Of a DNA stretch of 64,000 nucleotides, positions 1 through 11,541 are shown piece after piece. The notes below the pieces were generated by a model, which did not search any database, was not told the origin of the DNA, and saw nothing but the letters and a program-made list of their open reading frames with translations. How positions within the stretch are numbered: the first letter of the stretch is position 1; every line of letters begins with the position of its first letter. Both the position numbers and the translations under genes were made by a program. This DNA comes from Squalus acanthias. Its lineage: Eukaryota. The stretch lies in assembly GCA_030390025.1 (NCBI GenBank), contig CM059432.1, positions 96,226,001 to 96,290,000 of the forward strand, written 5' to 3'.

Positions 1-64
1 GTCGGAGACAAGGGCTATCTACTCTCCACCTGGCTTATGACTCCCCTCCGCAACCCCAACACTC

Positions 65-370
65 TGATAGCGTAGTGGTAATGTCACTGGGCCAGTAATC
101 CAGTGGCCTGAACTAATGATGCAGAGACGTGAGTTCAAATACCACCACGGCAGCTGGGGAATTTAAATTCAGTTAATTCAATAAATCTGGAATAAAAAGT
201 TAGTATCAGTAATGGTAACCATGAAACTATCGGATTGTCGTAAAAACCCATCTGGTTCATTAATATCCTTTAGGGAAGGAAATCTGGCCTATATGTGACT
301 CCAGACCCACAGCAATGTGGTTGACTCTTAACTGCCCTCTTAAATGGCCTAACAAGCCACTCAGGTTGTA
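65..370 (+). promoter_or_regulatory. tRNA-derived SINE-like head with Pol III A/B boxes at the LINE 5' end
   Basis: A-box TAGCGTAGTGG 68-78, B-box GAGTTCAAATACC 131-143; body (GGTTCATTAATATCCTTTAGGGAAGGAAATCTG...GTGACTCCAGACCCACAGCAATGTGGTTGACTC) resembles the MetaSINE-type domain from memory. Confidence 0.65.
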
Positions 371-3239
371 ACAAACTGCTACCAAACAATATAATAAGAA
401 AGAAACCGGACGGACCACCAGGCACCGGTTACAGACACGGCACCGGCACACCCAGCCCAGTCAACCCTGCAAAGTCCTCCTCACCAAGATCTGGGCACTT
501 GTGCCAAAATTGGGAGAGCTGTCCCACAGACTAGTCACGCAGCAGCCTGCACAGTCATACTCACAGAATCATACCTTTCAGCCAATGTCCCAAACTCCTC
601 CATCACCATCCCTGGGTATGTCCTGTCCCACCAGCAGGACAGACCCACCAGGGGTGGTGGCACAGTGGTGTACAGTTGGGAAGGAGTGGCCCTGGGAGTC
701 CACAACATTGACTCCGGACCCCATGAAGTCTCACGGCTTCAGGTCAAGCATGGGCAAGGAAACCTCCTGCTGATTACTGCCCTCCATCAGCTGATGATTC
801 AGTATTCCGCCATGTTGAACACCACTTGGAAGAAACACTGAGAGTAGCAAGGGCACAGAATGTACTCTGGGTGGGGGACTTCAATGTCCATCACCAAGAA
901 TGGCTCGGTAGCGCCGAGTCCTGAAGGACATAACTGCCAGTCTGGGCCTGCGACAGGTGGTGAGAGAACCAACACGAGGGAAAAACCTATTTGCCCTCAC
1001 CAATCTACCTGTCACAGATGCATCTTTCCATGACAGTATTGATAGCAGTGACCACTGCACAGTCATTGTGGAGACAAAGTCCCATTTTCACACTGAGAAC
1101 ACCCTCCATCGTGTTGTGTGGCAGTACCACCGTGCTAAATGGGATAGATTCAGAACAGATCTAGCAGCTCAAAACTGGGCATCCATGAGGTGCTGTGGGG
1201 CAGCAGCAGAATTGTATTCCACCACAATCTGTAACCTCATGGGCCGGCATATCCCTCACTCTACCATTACCATCAAGCCAGGGGACCAACTCTGGTTCAA
1301 TAAGGAGTGTAGAAGAGCATGCCAGGAGCAGCATCAGGCGTACCTAAAAATGAGGTGCCAACCTGGGGAAACTGCAACACAGGACTACCTGAATGCTAAA
1401 AAGCGGAAGCAGCATGCTATAGACAGGGTTAACGGATCAGATCAAAGCACTGCAGTCGAGAATGGTGGTGGACCATTAAACAACTAACGGGAGGAGGAGG
1501 CTCCATGAATATCCCCATCCTCAAAGATGGTGGAGCCCAGCACGTGAGTGCAAAAGAAAAGGCTGAAGCGTTTGCAACCATCTTCAGCCAGAAGTGCCGA
1601 GTGGATGATCCATATCGGCCTCCTCCTGAGGTCCCCACCATCACAGTAGCCAGTCTTCAGCCAATTCGATTCACTCCACGTGATATCAAGATACAGCTCA
1701 GCGCACTGGATGCAGCAAAGGCTATGGGCCCTGAAACATCCCGGCTATCGTGCTGAAGACTTGTGCTCCAGAAGTAGCCGCGCCTCTAGCAAAGCTGTTC
1801 CAGTACAGCTACAACACTGGCATCTATCTGAAAATGTGGAAAACTGCCCAGGTATGTCCTGTTCACAAAAAGCAGGACAAATGCAATCTGGCCAATTACC
1901 GCCCCATCAGTCAACTCTCAATCATCAGCAAAGTAATGGAAGGTATCGTTGACAGTGCTATCAAGCAGCACTTACTCACCAATAACCTGCTCACCGATGC
2001 CCAGTTTGGGTTCCACCAAGACCACTCTGCTCCCGACCTTATTACAGATTTGGTCCAAACATGGACAAAGGAGCTGAATTCCAGAGGTGAGGTGAGAGTG
2101 ACTGCCCTTGACATCAAGGCAGCATTTGACCGAGTGTGGCATGAAGGAGCCCTAGTAAAACTGAAGTCAATGGGAATCGGGGGGAAAACTCCACTGGCTG
2201 GAGTCATACCTAGCGCAAAGGAAGATAGTTGTGGTGATTGAAGGTCAATCATCACAGCCCCAGGACATCGCTGCAGGAGTTCCTCAGGGCAGTGTCCTCG
2301 GCCAAACCATCTTCAGCTGCTTCATCAATGACCTTCCCTCCAACATAAGGTTAGAAATGGGGATGTTTGCTGATGACTGCACAGTGTTCAGTGCCATTCA
2401 CAACTCCTCAGATAATAAAGCAGTCCATGCCCGCATGCAACAAGACCTGGCCAACGTTCAGGTTTGGGCTGATAAGTGGCAGGTAACATTCGCGCCACAG
2501 AAGTGCCAGGCAATGACTATCTCCAACAAGTGAGAGTCTAACTACCACCCCTTGACAGTCAGTAGCATTACCATTGTCGAATCCCCCACCATCAACATCC
2601 TGGACCAGAAACTTAACTGGACCAGCCACATAAATACTGTGGCAACAAGAGCAGGTCAGAGGCTAGGTATTCTGTGTCGAGTGTATCACCTCCTGACTCC
2701 CCAAAGCCTTTCCACCATCTACAAGGCACAAGTCAGGAGTGTGATGGAATGCAGCTCCAACAACACTCAAGAAGCTCGACACCATACAGGACAAAGCAGC
2801 CCGCTTGATTGGCACCCCATCTACCACCTTAAACATTCACTCCCTCCACCACCGGCGTACTGTGGCTGCAGTGTGTACCATCTACAAGATGCACTGCAGC
2901 AACTCGCCAAGGCTTCTTTGGCAGCACCTCCCAAACCTGTGGCCTCTTCCACCTAGAACGACAGGGGCAGCAGGCGCATGGGAACACCACCACCTCCAAG
3001 TTCCCCTCCAAGTCACACACCATCCTGACTTAGAAGTATATCGCCGATCCTTCATCATCGCTGGGTCAAAATCCTGGAACTCCCTCCCTAACAGCATTGT
3101 GGGAGTACCATCACCACACGGACTGCAGCGGTTTAAGAAGGCGGCTCACCACCACCTTCTCAAGGGCAATTAGGGATGGGCAATAAATGCTGGCCTTGCC
3201 AGCGACGCCTACATCCCATAAAAAACGAACAAAAAAAGA
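65..3239 (+). mobile_element. CR1-group non-LTR retrotransposon (APE + RT, frameshifted), no ORF1 visible
   Basis: APE-like start near 465-501, GDFN-like motif near 875, RT motifs NYRPIS, QFGF, DIKAAFDRVWH, PQGSVLG, FADD; AATAAA and A-rich tail 3182-3239; ACTC duplicated at 61-64 and 3240-3243. Confidence 0.9.
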
Positions 3240-3751
3240 ACTCCTTCTCAGCACTTAAATAATGAGAGCCATGCTGCCACCAGGACCATCATTGAGCAGG
3301 CCATCGGAGTGCTCAAGCAACGGTTCCACTGCCTTGACTGCTTGGGAGGAGCCCTCTGGTACTTGGCTGAGCAGCTGTCCCATTTTGTTGCGGTCCGCTG
3401 CACGCTCCACAACTTTACCATCATGAGGGCCTAGCCCTTGCCAGCAGGGATTGCGGAACCACCTCAGGAGGAGGACGAAGACGAGGATGAGGACGAGGAG
3501 GGAGGGAGGAGGAACAGGAGCGAGGGAGGACGCGGCCTTCCGGAAGGGCGGTCCATGACCGCCTCATCAGACTGCGGTTCCAATAAATTGAACCCCAGAT
3601 CCCCGTTGCTCACCACATCCCCATCATTCCATCCCCGTCGCAGGCCATTACACTGCGCAAAGCTGAAATGAGAGACACCAAAAAATCATCCAAAGCTAAT
3701 TAATAAATTTATTAATAATCAGTGAACATATATTTACAACAACATTATTAG

Positions 3752-5690
3752 CTATTCACCCTTGTGTAATCCCTTAGTGCCCCTCGTTACAGTGCCTTTG
3801 CCTACTCTCGTGCTCCTATGAAGTGTTGGCCCAGTGGCTGCAGCAGGGCTGGTGGAAGGCTGCTGAGTGTCCGTGCGGGAGACTTCAGATGGCTTTGCAG
3901 GACGCCCTCGACCAACTCTGGGCCTGGAAGGCCCAGCTGTAGACTGCACCACCTCAGCATGGGCGGCAGTAGTCTGGGCTGTCTGGATGTCAGTGGCGGA
4001 GTGCCAGTGGTGGGAGCAGGAATGCTGTCATCCTGAGAGAGGACAGCAGCTTCTTGCTCCACTGACCCACTGCCATTTCCCCGGGGCAGCACCTCAGCAT
4101 CACTACCAATTTGCTGGAGCACAGATTGCTGGCCTGCTGCGACACCATGAAAGCTCCGGTGAACGGTGGTCGACACAGCCACGATGGCAGCAGTCAGAGC
4201 TTGCGTGGCATCAAGCTAAGACTGCATGAGAGCAGTCTGAGAATCGATGGCACCAAGCATAGACTGCATTACAGCACTAAGATGTTGTGTGGCTTCCGCC
4301 TGTGCTCCAATGGAAGGTGCGACATCGCCCATCACATGCGGCATGAGGTCTGGGTCGCCACGGTCTCTCTGGGAGTCCACCATCTTTTGCAGACTGCAAA
4401 TGATGGGCTCCATGGTGTGCGCAGAGCTCTGTGCAATTTTGGAGGTGGACTCCTCCACGCTCCTTACCATTGCCGAGAGGCTCTCAGGCACCCTTGCCAT
4501 TGCACCTATCATCTCCGTGTGCATGCCCATCACCCTTCTAAAGTCCTCCCCATCGAGGTCCTCATCTGAGTCCTGTGCAGCAGAACTCGCGCGCGAACTC
4601 GCCATCCGGGGAGCTGATTCCCGAGCTATCCTTTCCCCCTGGCCTTGCTGCAGCCTGCTCGTCCCGGGTGCAACACCATGTACAGATCCCGCTACTATAC
4701 TAGCCTCTAAAGAATGCGTAGTGCCAGTATCTGAGCTGGTGCCTGCGGGTGAGACATGCAGTGACGCGGTGTGTTCTTCGTCCACCTCTTCTTCCGCTTC
4801 GCTCTCTACGGTGCCCTCACGGACAGGCTGCTCAGCTGCTTGCTCATTATCTGAAAGCATAAAGGCACAAGAGTTGGGTTAAGGTGAGGGGAGGGGGGCA
4901 GGAAGGGAGAAAGGCAGGCATACAGCATGATTAGCTGGAAAGTGGGAAAGGCTTGTGTGGTGAGGGGGAAGTGGGATGTGAGAAGAAGGAGTAGGGATGA
5001 ACATACCGTTGTTGTCCCCAATGGGGTTAATGTCGCCAGTGGCCACGGCGCCCACCACCTGGCACCCAATGATTTGCAGCACTCTTTCCTCCAGCTCAGA
5101 AAGTGGTTTGGTGTCAGACTGTCCCCCACCTGTGGGCTCCTGCTCCCTCCTGTTGTGAGCAACATTGGCCTGCAAGAGAGAGCAAAGTGTGTGTGTGAGT
5201 GTGGAGCAATGTGTTTGGGTGACGTGCCTGCCATAGTTGAATAGCTCTCATTGTGTGCAAGGTGTGAGATGTGGGTGTGAGTGTTGGTAGGTGGAGATTG
5301 TTGGTGGGTGAGTGCTGAGGGTGTGGTGCTTTGGGCAGTGTGTGCAGACTGAGGTTCAGATGGTGGTATGTAGCATTTGTTGAAGCATTGACTCACCCTG
5401 ACCACCCGAGTGAGGTTGTTAAATTTCTCCCTGCACTGTGTGGGGGTCCTGGGGACCACAGTGCTACCCGAGTCCTGCTGCGCTACCTCCCTCCACATGG
5501 TGTGGAAGACTTGCGGCAAGGACCTCCTGCCACTTGCTGGGTACAGCAGCGCCCTCCGTCTCTCCACAGCGAGGACCAAGGCCTCCAATGCTTGGTGGCA
5601 GAATCTGCGCGCTCTCTCCCTGGGCTGTTGATCTGCTATAATGACACCTCCTTCAGTGGTCCGGTTCCTTCTCCTTGGCCTTCTGCTACT
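3752..5690 (-). pseudogene. Harbinger A Myb/SANT-like DNA-binding protein gene, 3 exons (~5690-5397, 5169-5007, 4850-3752)
   Basis: RARRFCHQALEALV...WREVA...QCREKFNNL motif; GT-AG sites in phase (cagg|gtgagt, ttgcag|gcc, aacg|gtatgt, tttcag|ata); stops and frameshifts in exon 3. Confidence 0.8.
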
Positions 5691-5999
5691 TACTGAGACA
5701 GCTGCAGAACCAGCAATGCTGAGAATGAAGTTCTGCAGCATGATTGAGCCTCCCCTTTGAGAACTGGAAAGTGCCTGTGGCAATGATGACTAGTGATTAG
5801 ACTGCACCTGAAATTGCTTAGCGCTTTGAGTCTAGTGCCACTGAGTTAGGCCATTAGCGCTTGATTTAGCGCTCCAGTCCTTTCTTTGAGCACAAACACT
5901 TAATTTTGCATGCAGCCAGATTCATTAGCGCCTGGTGCTAAATCTCAAACTTTTCAGAAGTTAACGCCCATCCCTGGGCTATAATGAATTTCTCTCCCT

Positions 6000-6268
6000 T
6001 TCTATTTAGTCATCCAGGGAGCTATAGTTTTGGATTCCATCCCTTTTCGCCTTGTAGGAATGTGTCTAGTCTGTAGCTGAACTATCTCTTCTTTGAAGGC
6101 CCCCATTGCTCATTTATTGCTTTACCTGCCAATCTTTGATTCAAATCCACCTGGGCCAGATCCCTTTCAATTCATTGAAATCAGCCCTCCTCCAGCTGAG
6201 TATTTTTACAATGATTGTTCCTTGTCCTTTTCCATAAACCTAATAATATTGTGATCATACTTTCCCAA
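6000..6268 (-). mobile_element. Old CR1 ORF2 fragment
   Basis: Resembles the post-endonuclease CR1 region at 53770-53920 (gtcatccagggagc...ggaatg, cttgtccttttccat). Confidence 0.55.
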
Positions 6269-6269
6269 A

Positions 6270-6400
6270 TGACGAAGGGTCATTGACCTGAAACGTTAAC
6301 TCTGTTTCTCTCTCCACAGATGCTGCCTGACCTGCTGAGTATTTCCAGCATTTTCTGTTTTTATTTCAGATTGCCAGCATCCACAGTATTTTGCTTTTGT
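6270..6400 (+). mobile_element. Penelope-like pseudo-LTR fragment with 5'-truncated hammerhead core
   Basis: TGACGAAGGGTCATTGACCTGAAACGTTAACTC matches the reverse complement of 31517-31549; tail matches 31808-31870. Confidence 0.7.
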
Positions 6401-6496
6401 AATAGCATTTTTATTGGTTAGTTTAGTTCAGCACAAAATGGTTTAAAGGTCTTGAGGTCAAACTTTGTAGCATCACTACTTGCAGCAGTACTTTAA

Positions 6497-6730
6497 CCTT
6501 AATTTACTTTCTGAAGGTCAGCCATTTTTCTTCTCTCAACTTTCCAGGTCCACTGGGTTATTAATATGATTCACCCTATCTGCTACCTGTTTCCAAGCCT
6601 GTTGCAGCAGCTCCTTCTGAGGACGGTTTCCAACTGTTCATAATAATATTTCTTTCCTCTCCCTAACTTTGTAGATAAACCCTTCCAGCACCCGGTCATT
6701 AAATCACCTTTTCCATGGCCTGGGTGCCTT
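6497..6730 (-). pseudogene. Highly decayed Myb/SANT exon of an ancient Harbinger
   Basis: Minus-strand translation fragments FNDRVLEGFIYKVRERKE and RPQKELLQQAWKQVADRVN parallel exon 1 of the other Myb genes. Confidence 0.5.
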
Positions 6731-8190
6731 TATGGTGCAGAACCCTGCTGTTTCTCTGTACTGAGCAGGATTACTATTGCAACAACACATCATCAGTAGA
6801 TAAAACTAACATGACAGACTAAACTAAGCACACGTTCCTATTGAATAGTTGATAAACATTTGCCTTGCTGTCCTCTGTGCTAATCCAGGGGTTTAAAGGG
6901 CTCTTTCATGAGTTAATGGTCTGGAATTCACTGCAATGATGACAAATGCCATAAATTAGACCATTGTGCTCCCCGATCTTCTAGTGGCAAATTCACGCCA
7001 CAATTTGCTGGAAAAATAGTTAGAATACACGGCAGTGAGCACTGCGGTGGATTGGGAGCGGCGCGGTTAATGCCTGATCCAAGGTACTGGGGCCCGACAC
7101 AGAGCGGGACAACAGGTTATTTAGCAGGGACACGTTTGGGAGCAATGGCTCCAATCTGATAATGTGGGGGTGGGTCACAGTATGTATGGACAGAATGTCC
7201 AGGTTGGGTTCAATTTGATTGAAGAGATTGTACTGAAACAGTATAAATATATAAATCGGCATTAAGAAGGGACCCGTATGCATAGGATTGCCTCCCGAAC
7301 TGCATCCGATTACTAGCCACATTTCATTACCTGCTGCAATCCATGATTAGCACACAATCTCAATAAATATTAATGTAAAAATATTGGCCCGGATTTTACG
7401 TACGTCGTCATACGCCTTCCAAAAGGGTCCACAAGCTCCGGGTTTCCGCATGCGCTGTGCATGCGCGAAAACTTGGAACTTGCGATCTGTCAAAGTTTTC
7501 CTTGACAGATCTACCGCACTGACTAAGAATTAACTTTCGCTGGCGCAGAGTTGGGCTATGAAACCCTTCCACCTGGTAAAAGCAGGCCTGCTTTCATCAG
7601 CGTAAGGGTTAATATAAATCTTAAATTAAAAATAAAAAAATAAAAAGTTATGCACAAACACTTAGGCCGTGATTTTGCAGATGCTCAGAGGGCGGGTTTG
7701 GAGGCGGGTCCCGAGTTAAAATCAAAATGATTGACGGCGGGTTGTGAACCCACCACCGTCCCGCCTCCATGCAACTTTACAAAGTGTCAGACACGACACC
7801 AAGCAGCGGGAGAGCCACTTAAGGCAGTTAACAGCTTGTTAACTGCCTGGATAATCCTATTTTAAGAATATAATTATTCTTCCCATTTTGCAACATTTTC
7901 AGCGTGTTGCACATCGTGCGACAAACACCAGTTGATTGTGCCGGGTTCAGCAACTTGCTGAATAGTTGACAGCTGCACCTGCAGCATAAAAGCTGACCTG
8001 TAACATGAGCTCACTTTCAGATGGCAGAACTTTCTGTTTTGAGGTTTTGGAACACATTTTGCAGGTTTATTGAGTTTGTAAGTGTTTAAGCTGAGATCCA
8101 TATGCACTGCGACCTCCTTGGAAAACCCTCTCCCCACATTGACTGAGCGCTTCTAACATCTATTCCTCAACTGAGATATATACCAGTGGA

Positions 8191-9444
8191 ATGGAAACCA
8201 TTTATACCCTCTCATCCTGGTCCTCAGAGTCAGAGGAAGAGCAGCCATGGCAGCAGCAGAACCAAGCACACCAGCAGCAGCAACAACAGGAGCGCCAACC
8301 TCCTCCTCACCCACCTGATGCTGCACAGGGCAGAGGGCGTCAGCGCAGGGCTGAACCGCACCGCAGGAGATACCCCCAACACAGGGTTTACAGGCCGAGG
8401 ATGAGCTTCCTCAACATGAGTGAGCAGCAGTGCCAAAGGAGGCTGAGACTTTCATGAGAGGTAGTCGCTGACATCTGCACAATGCTGCACCAACACCTGG
8501 AGCCCAGAGGAGCGGGTGGACACTCCTTACCAGTGACTGTCAAAGTCACCACCACCCTCAACTTCTTTGTTTCAGGGTCCTTCCAGGGAACAGCAGCAGA
8601 CATTAGCGGCATCTCCCAGTTGGCTGCACACAGTTGCATCACACAGGTTACTGATACCCTCTTTGCAAAGTCGCACAATTACATCCACTTCTCCACGGAT
8701 GAAGCAAGTGTAACCGCGCGTGCGCTTGGCTTTGCAAATATGGCAGACTTCCCAAGAGTGTAGGACGTCATAGACTGCACACATTTGGCCATTAGGGCAC
8801 CACATCACAACCCAGCTGTATGTGTCAACTGCAAGGGCTTCCACTCCCTTAACATCCAGCTGGTGTGTAACCACAGGAAGAACATTATGCATGTTTGCGC
8901 CAAGTTCCCTGGCAGTTGCCATGACTCCTTCATCCTGCGGCACTCTACTGTGCCTCAGCTGTTCAATCCACCAACCCAACTTTCCAAATGGCTACTTGGA
9001 GACAAGGGCTATCCCCTGAAGACGTGGCTAATGACACCGATGAGGAGGCCATCAAACGAAGCTGAGGAGCACTACAATGAGAGCCACATTTCTACCAGAA
9101 GCATCATAGAGCAAAGAATTGGCTTGCTCAAAATGTGATTCAGATGACTTGACAGATCTGGTGAAGCCCTCCAGTACTCACCACCCAGGGTCTCCAGAAT
9201 CATTGCTGTCTGCTGTGCCCTGCACAACATCGCACACCAGTGTGGCTTACCGCTGCCTGAGGAACAAGTGGTTCAGCGCACAGCCTCCTCAGAAGAGGAG
9301 GAGCAGGAGGAAGAGGTGGAGGAGGTGGTGAAGGCAGCAGATGAGGAAGACCTTGCAGAGGCGGATATGCCAGTTCCACCAGCATGCAAGCACATTGCTG
9401 GTCATGAGGTAAAGGATACACTAATCCATGCCAGATTCATGTAA
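8191..9444 (+). pseudogene. Harbinger DDE transposase (HARBI1-like), single frame with 4 premature stops
   Basis: ORFs at 8191, 8482 and 8785 share one frame; motifs [46 protein letters not shown]. Confidence 0.92.
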
Positions 9445-9717
9445 ACACATGTGGCTGGCACATGGAAATAAGTGTCTGCCCGACCTTCTTAACACACCAT
9501 ACAGCATCTGTACAATAAACTGTGGGATCCTATCACTCTCATCACCATCTTTACAGATGAAAGGCGCCCTGACCCCTCACTGTGCAATTTCCATTTCTGA
9601 GCACACATAGGCCAACTCTTTGAATCTTTGACATCGCTATTCTTTAATACAATTGAAATAACGATGAGAAATGTAACTTTGTATTAGATCCAAACATGCA
9701 AGTGACTACCCTTGTGA

Positions 9718-11541
9718 CTATTTGTGTGTTAACTTTCTCTTACACATGCTTCTACATGGTGCTTCCCCTGTGGCTTCAGAAGATGTAGAAGCACCTTGCT
9801 CACTTCTGTGCTGCGCCTGCTTAGATGCCTTTGGCGGGCGTCCTCTGGGTTTGGAAGCGTGGGAGGTCTCTGCAACAGTCTGCTCCTCCTGTGGCTGTGC
9901 AGGGGCTGAGCTGGCCATCTCAGTTGGGTGAGGAATCTGGGGCTCTGACCGAGGGCTTCGCAATGGCATGGGAGTGCGAGCGCTTGGAGCCCACATTTTC
10001 TTCTTATGGACCACCAACATCCCTCTCATGGGTCACCGCACTTCACTGCTAGCAAGTGGCTGGAGAGCACATTGCTGCACATCAGTGGGGCCATGAGGAC
10101 CCGTCTCTGTACTGACAGTCCTCATAACGGGGACGTCCATGTACCTCTGGTTCTTCTCCTCAATAGATGCCCATCTATCCTTCATAGCAGACCATCTATT
10201 TAGAAAAGTCACCATGTTCATTTGAGTCTGGCGATTTATGTCCTCCATGGAGGTTGCCATCCTTTCCATGGCGACACCTACATTCGCCATTGCGTGCACA
10301 AAGGCATTGCTCATGCTTGAGATGGACTCCTCCATTCTCTCCACACTCGCAGTTACCGTGGTTGCAAACACTGTCAGAGACTCCTGCACTTGATCCTGAA
10401 GTTCCAGCACCGCTCTCTCTGCTGTCCCTGTCTCCACCATCTGCTGATGCTCACTTGTGAGTTGTGATACACCAGGTGACAACACTAATCTATCTCACGA
10501 ATGACCCACCAAGGTGTGCGTCTCTGCGCTGGTGCTGGGTGCGCTCATTTCTGCTGACGCTGTTCCCTCAGAGGCTGCAGGTTCCTCTGAGGAGTCATCC
10601 TGCTCTTCCTCCTGGACAGTGGGGAGGGGGCTCTCGATGGTCCTGTGGGGGAGTAAAGACATGAGTTAGACATGTGATATTAACATAGCAGACACATCCC
10701 ATTGTGCAGATGGTCAGAACTCAATCTGCATGAACATCAGATGCCATATCAGTCACTCATAAAATCTAAATGGGAGAGTTGCAAATCTGTTCTGTCACCA
10801 GCTTGCTCTACTGCGCCCGTCTCTCCGTCCCCCACTTCCAGCTCCTCTGCACCTCCAACGATCTCGATAGCAGCCTCCTCAGCGGTGGGTAAATGCGCCA
10901 TGGAAGGTGGCCCTCCTTCTGTCCTCCCCCTCGCTCTCTTATTGTGGGCTCTCTTTTCCTGCAATGAGGGAGACAAGTGGAGTTTGAGCGAGAATTTTGG
11001 AGTGAGTGTAGAGAATCCATAGCGTAGATGCTTAGAGGGAGACAAAGATGGAGTGAGGTGCCAATACCAAAGGCCCTCCCTGTGCGTTGTTAGTTGTTGT
11101 CATTGCATAACAGTGAGAGCGAGTGTGAGGGGTGCATAGTAGAAATGTGGAGTGATTCTGTACATAGAGAGAGAGGGATGGTTAAGGGTGAAAGGGATGT
11201 AAGGGTAAAGTGGGATGTGCAGGAGTAGGTTGACAATGCAGAATGCTGGTGATGAGAGGAGATGGGGAGCAGATTGAAGGTAAGTGTGATGTTATGCTCA
11301 CTTTTGCTGAACGTAGCAGATCATTGAACCTTTTCCTGCACTGAACCCAGGTGCGTGAGCACAATGACCTGGTTCTAACATCCTCAACAATTTGCAGCCA
11401 GGCTGCCTTGGTTTGCTGAGGAGGCTTCCTACGTCCATTGGAGGGAAACAGAACCTCCTTGCGCCCTCTCACTCCCTCCACAAGAGCCTGGAGGGAGTCA
11501 TCATCAAATCGGGGAGCAGCCTTGGCTCTTGAGGCAGTCAT
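9718..11541 (-). pseudogene. Harbinger B Myb/SANT-like gene, 3 exons (11541-11302, 10958-10799, 10642-9718)
   Basis: MTASRAKAAPRFDDDSLQALVEGV...WLQI...QCRKRFNDL; splice sites aaa|gtgagc, ttgcag|gaa, gctg|gtgaca, cacag|gac; exon 3 disrupted. Confidence 0.85.

Larger units (their letters stand above)
1..3586 (+). pseudogene. Harbinger (HARBI1-like) DDE transposase C-terminal part, split by LINE (1-64 and 3244-3586)
   Basis: Removing the LINE and one ACTC copy restores the frame [49 protein letters not shown]...CTLHN; premature stop then acidic tail. Confidence 0.85.
1..5998 (+). mobile_element. PIF/Harbinger DNA transposon A (left part outside window), interrupted by a LINE
   Basis: Transposase C-terminus on + (GDKGY..[22 protein letters not shown]) converging on a spliced Myb/SANT gene on -; candidate TIR AATTTCTCTCCC ends at 5998. 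Confidence 0.85.

Noticed and set aside
65..150. tRNA gene
   Set aside because: A/B boxes are present but no convincing cloverleaf; part of a retroposon head.
8191..9444. Domesticated host HARBI1 gene
   Set aside because: Has stops, lies within TIRs beside a Myb gene and has local paralogous copies; it is a transposon gene.
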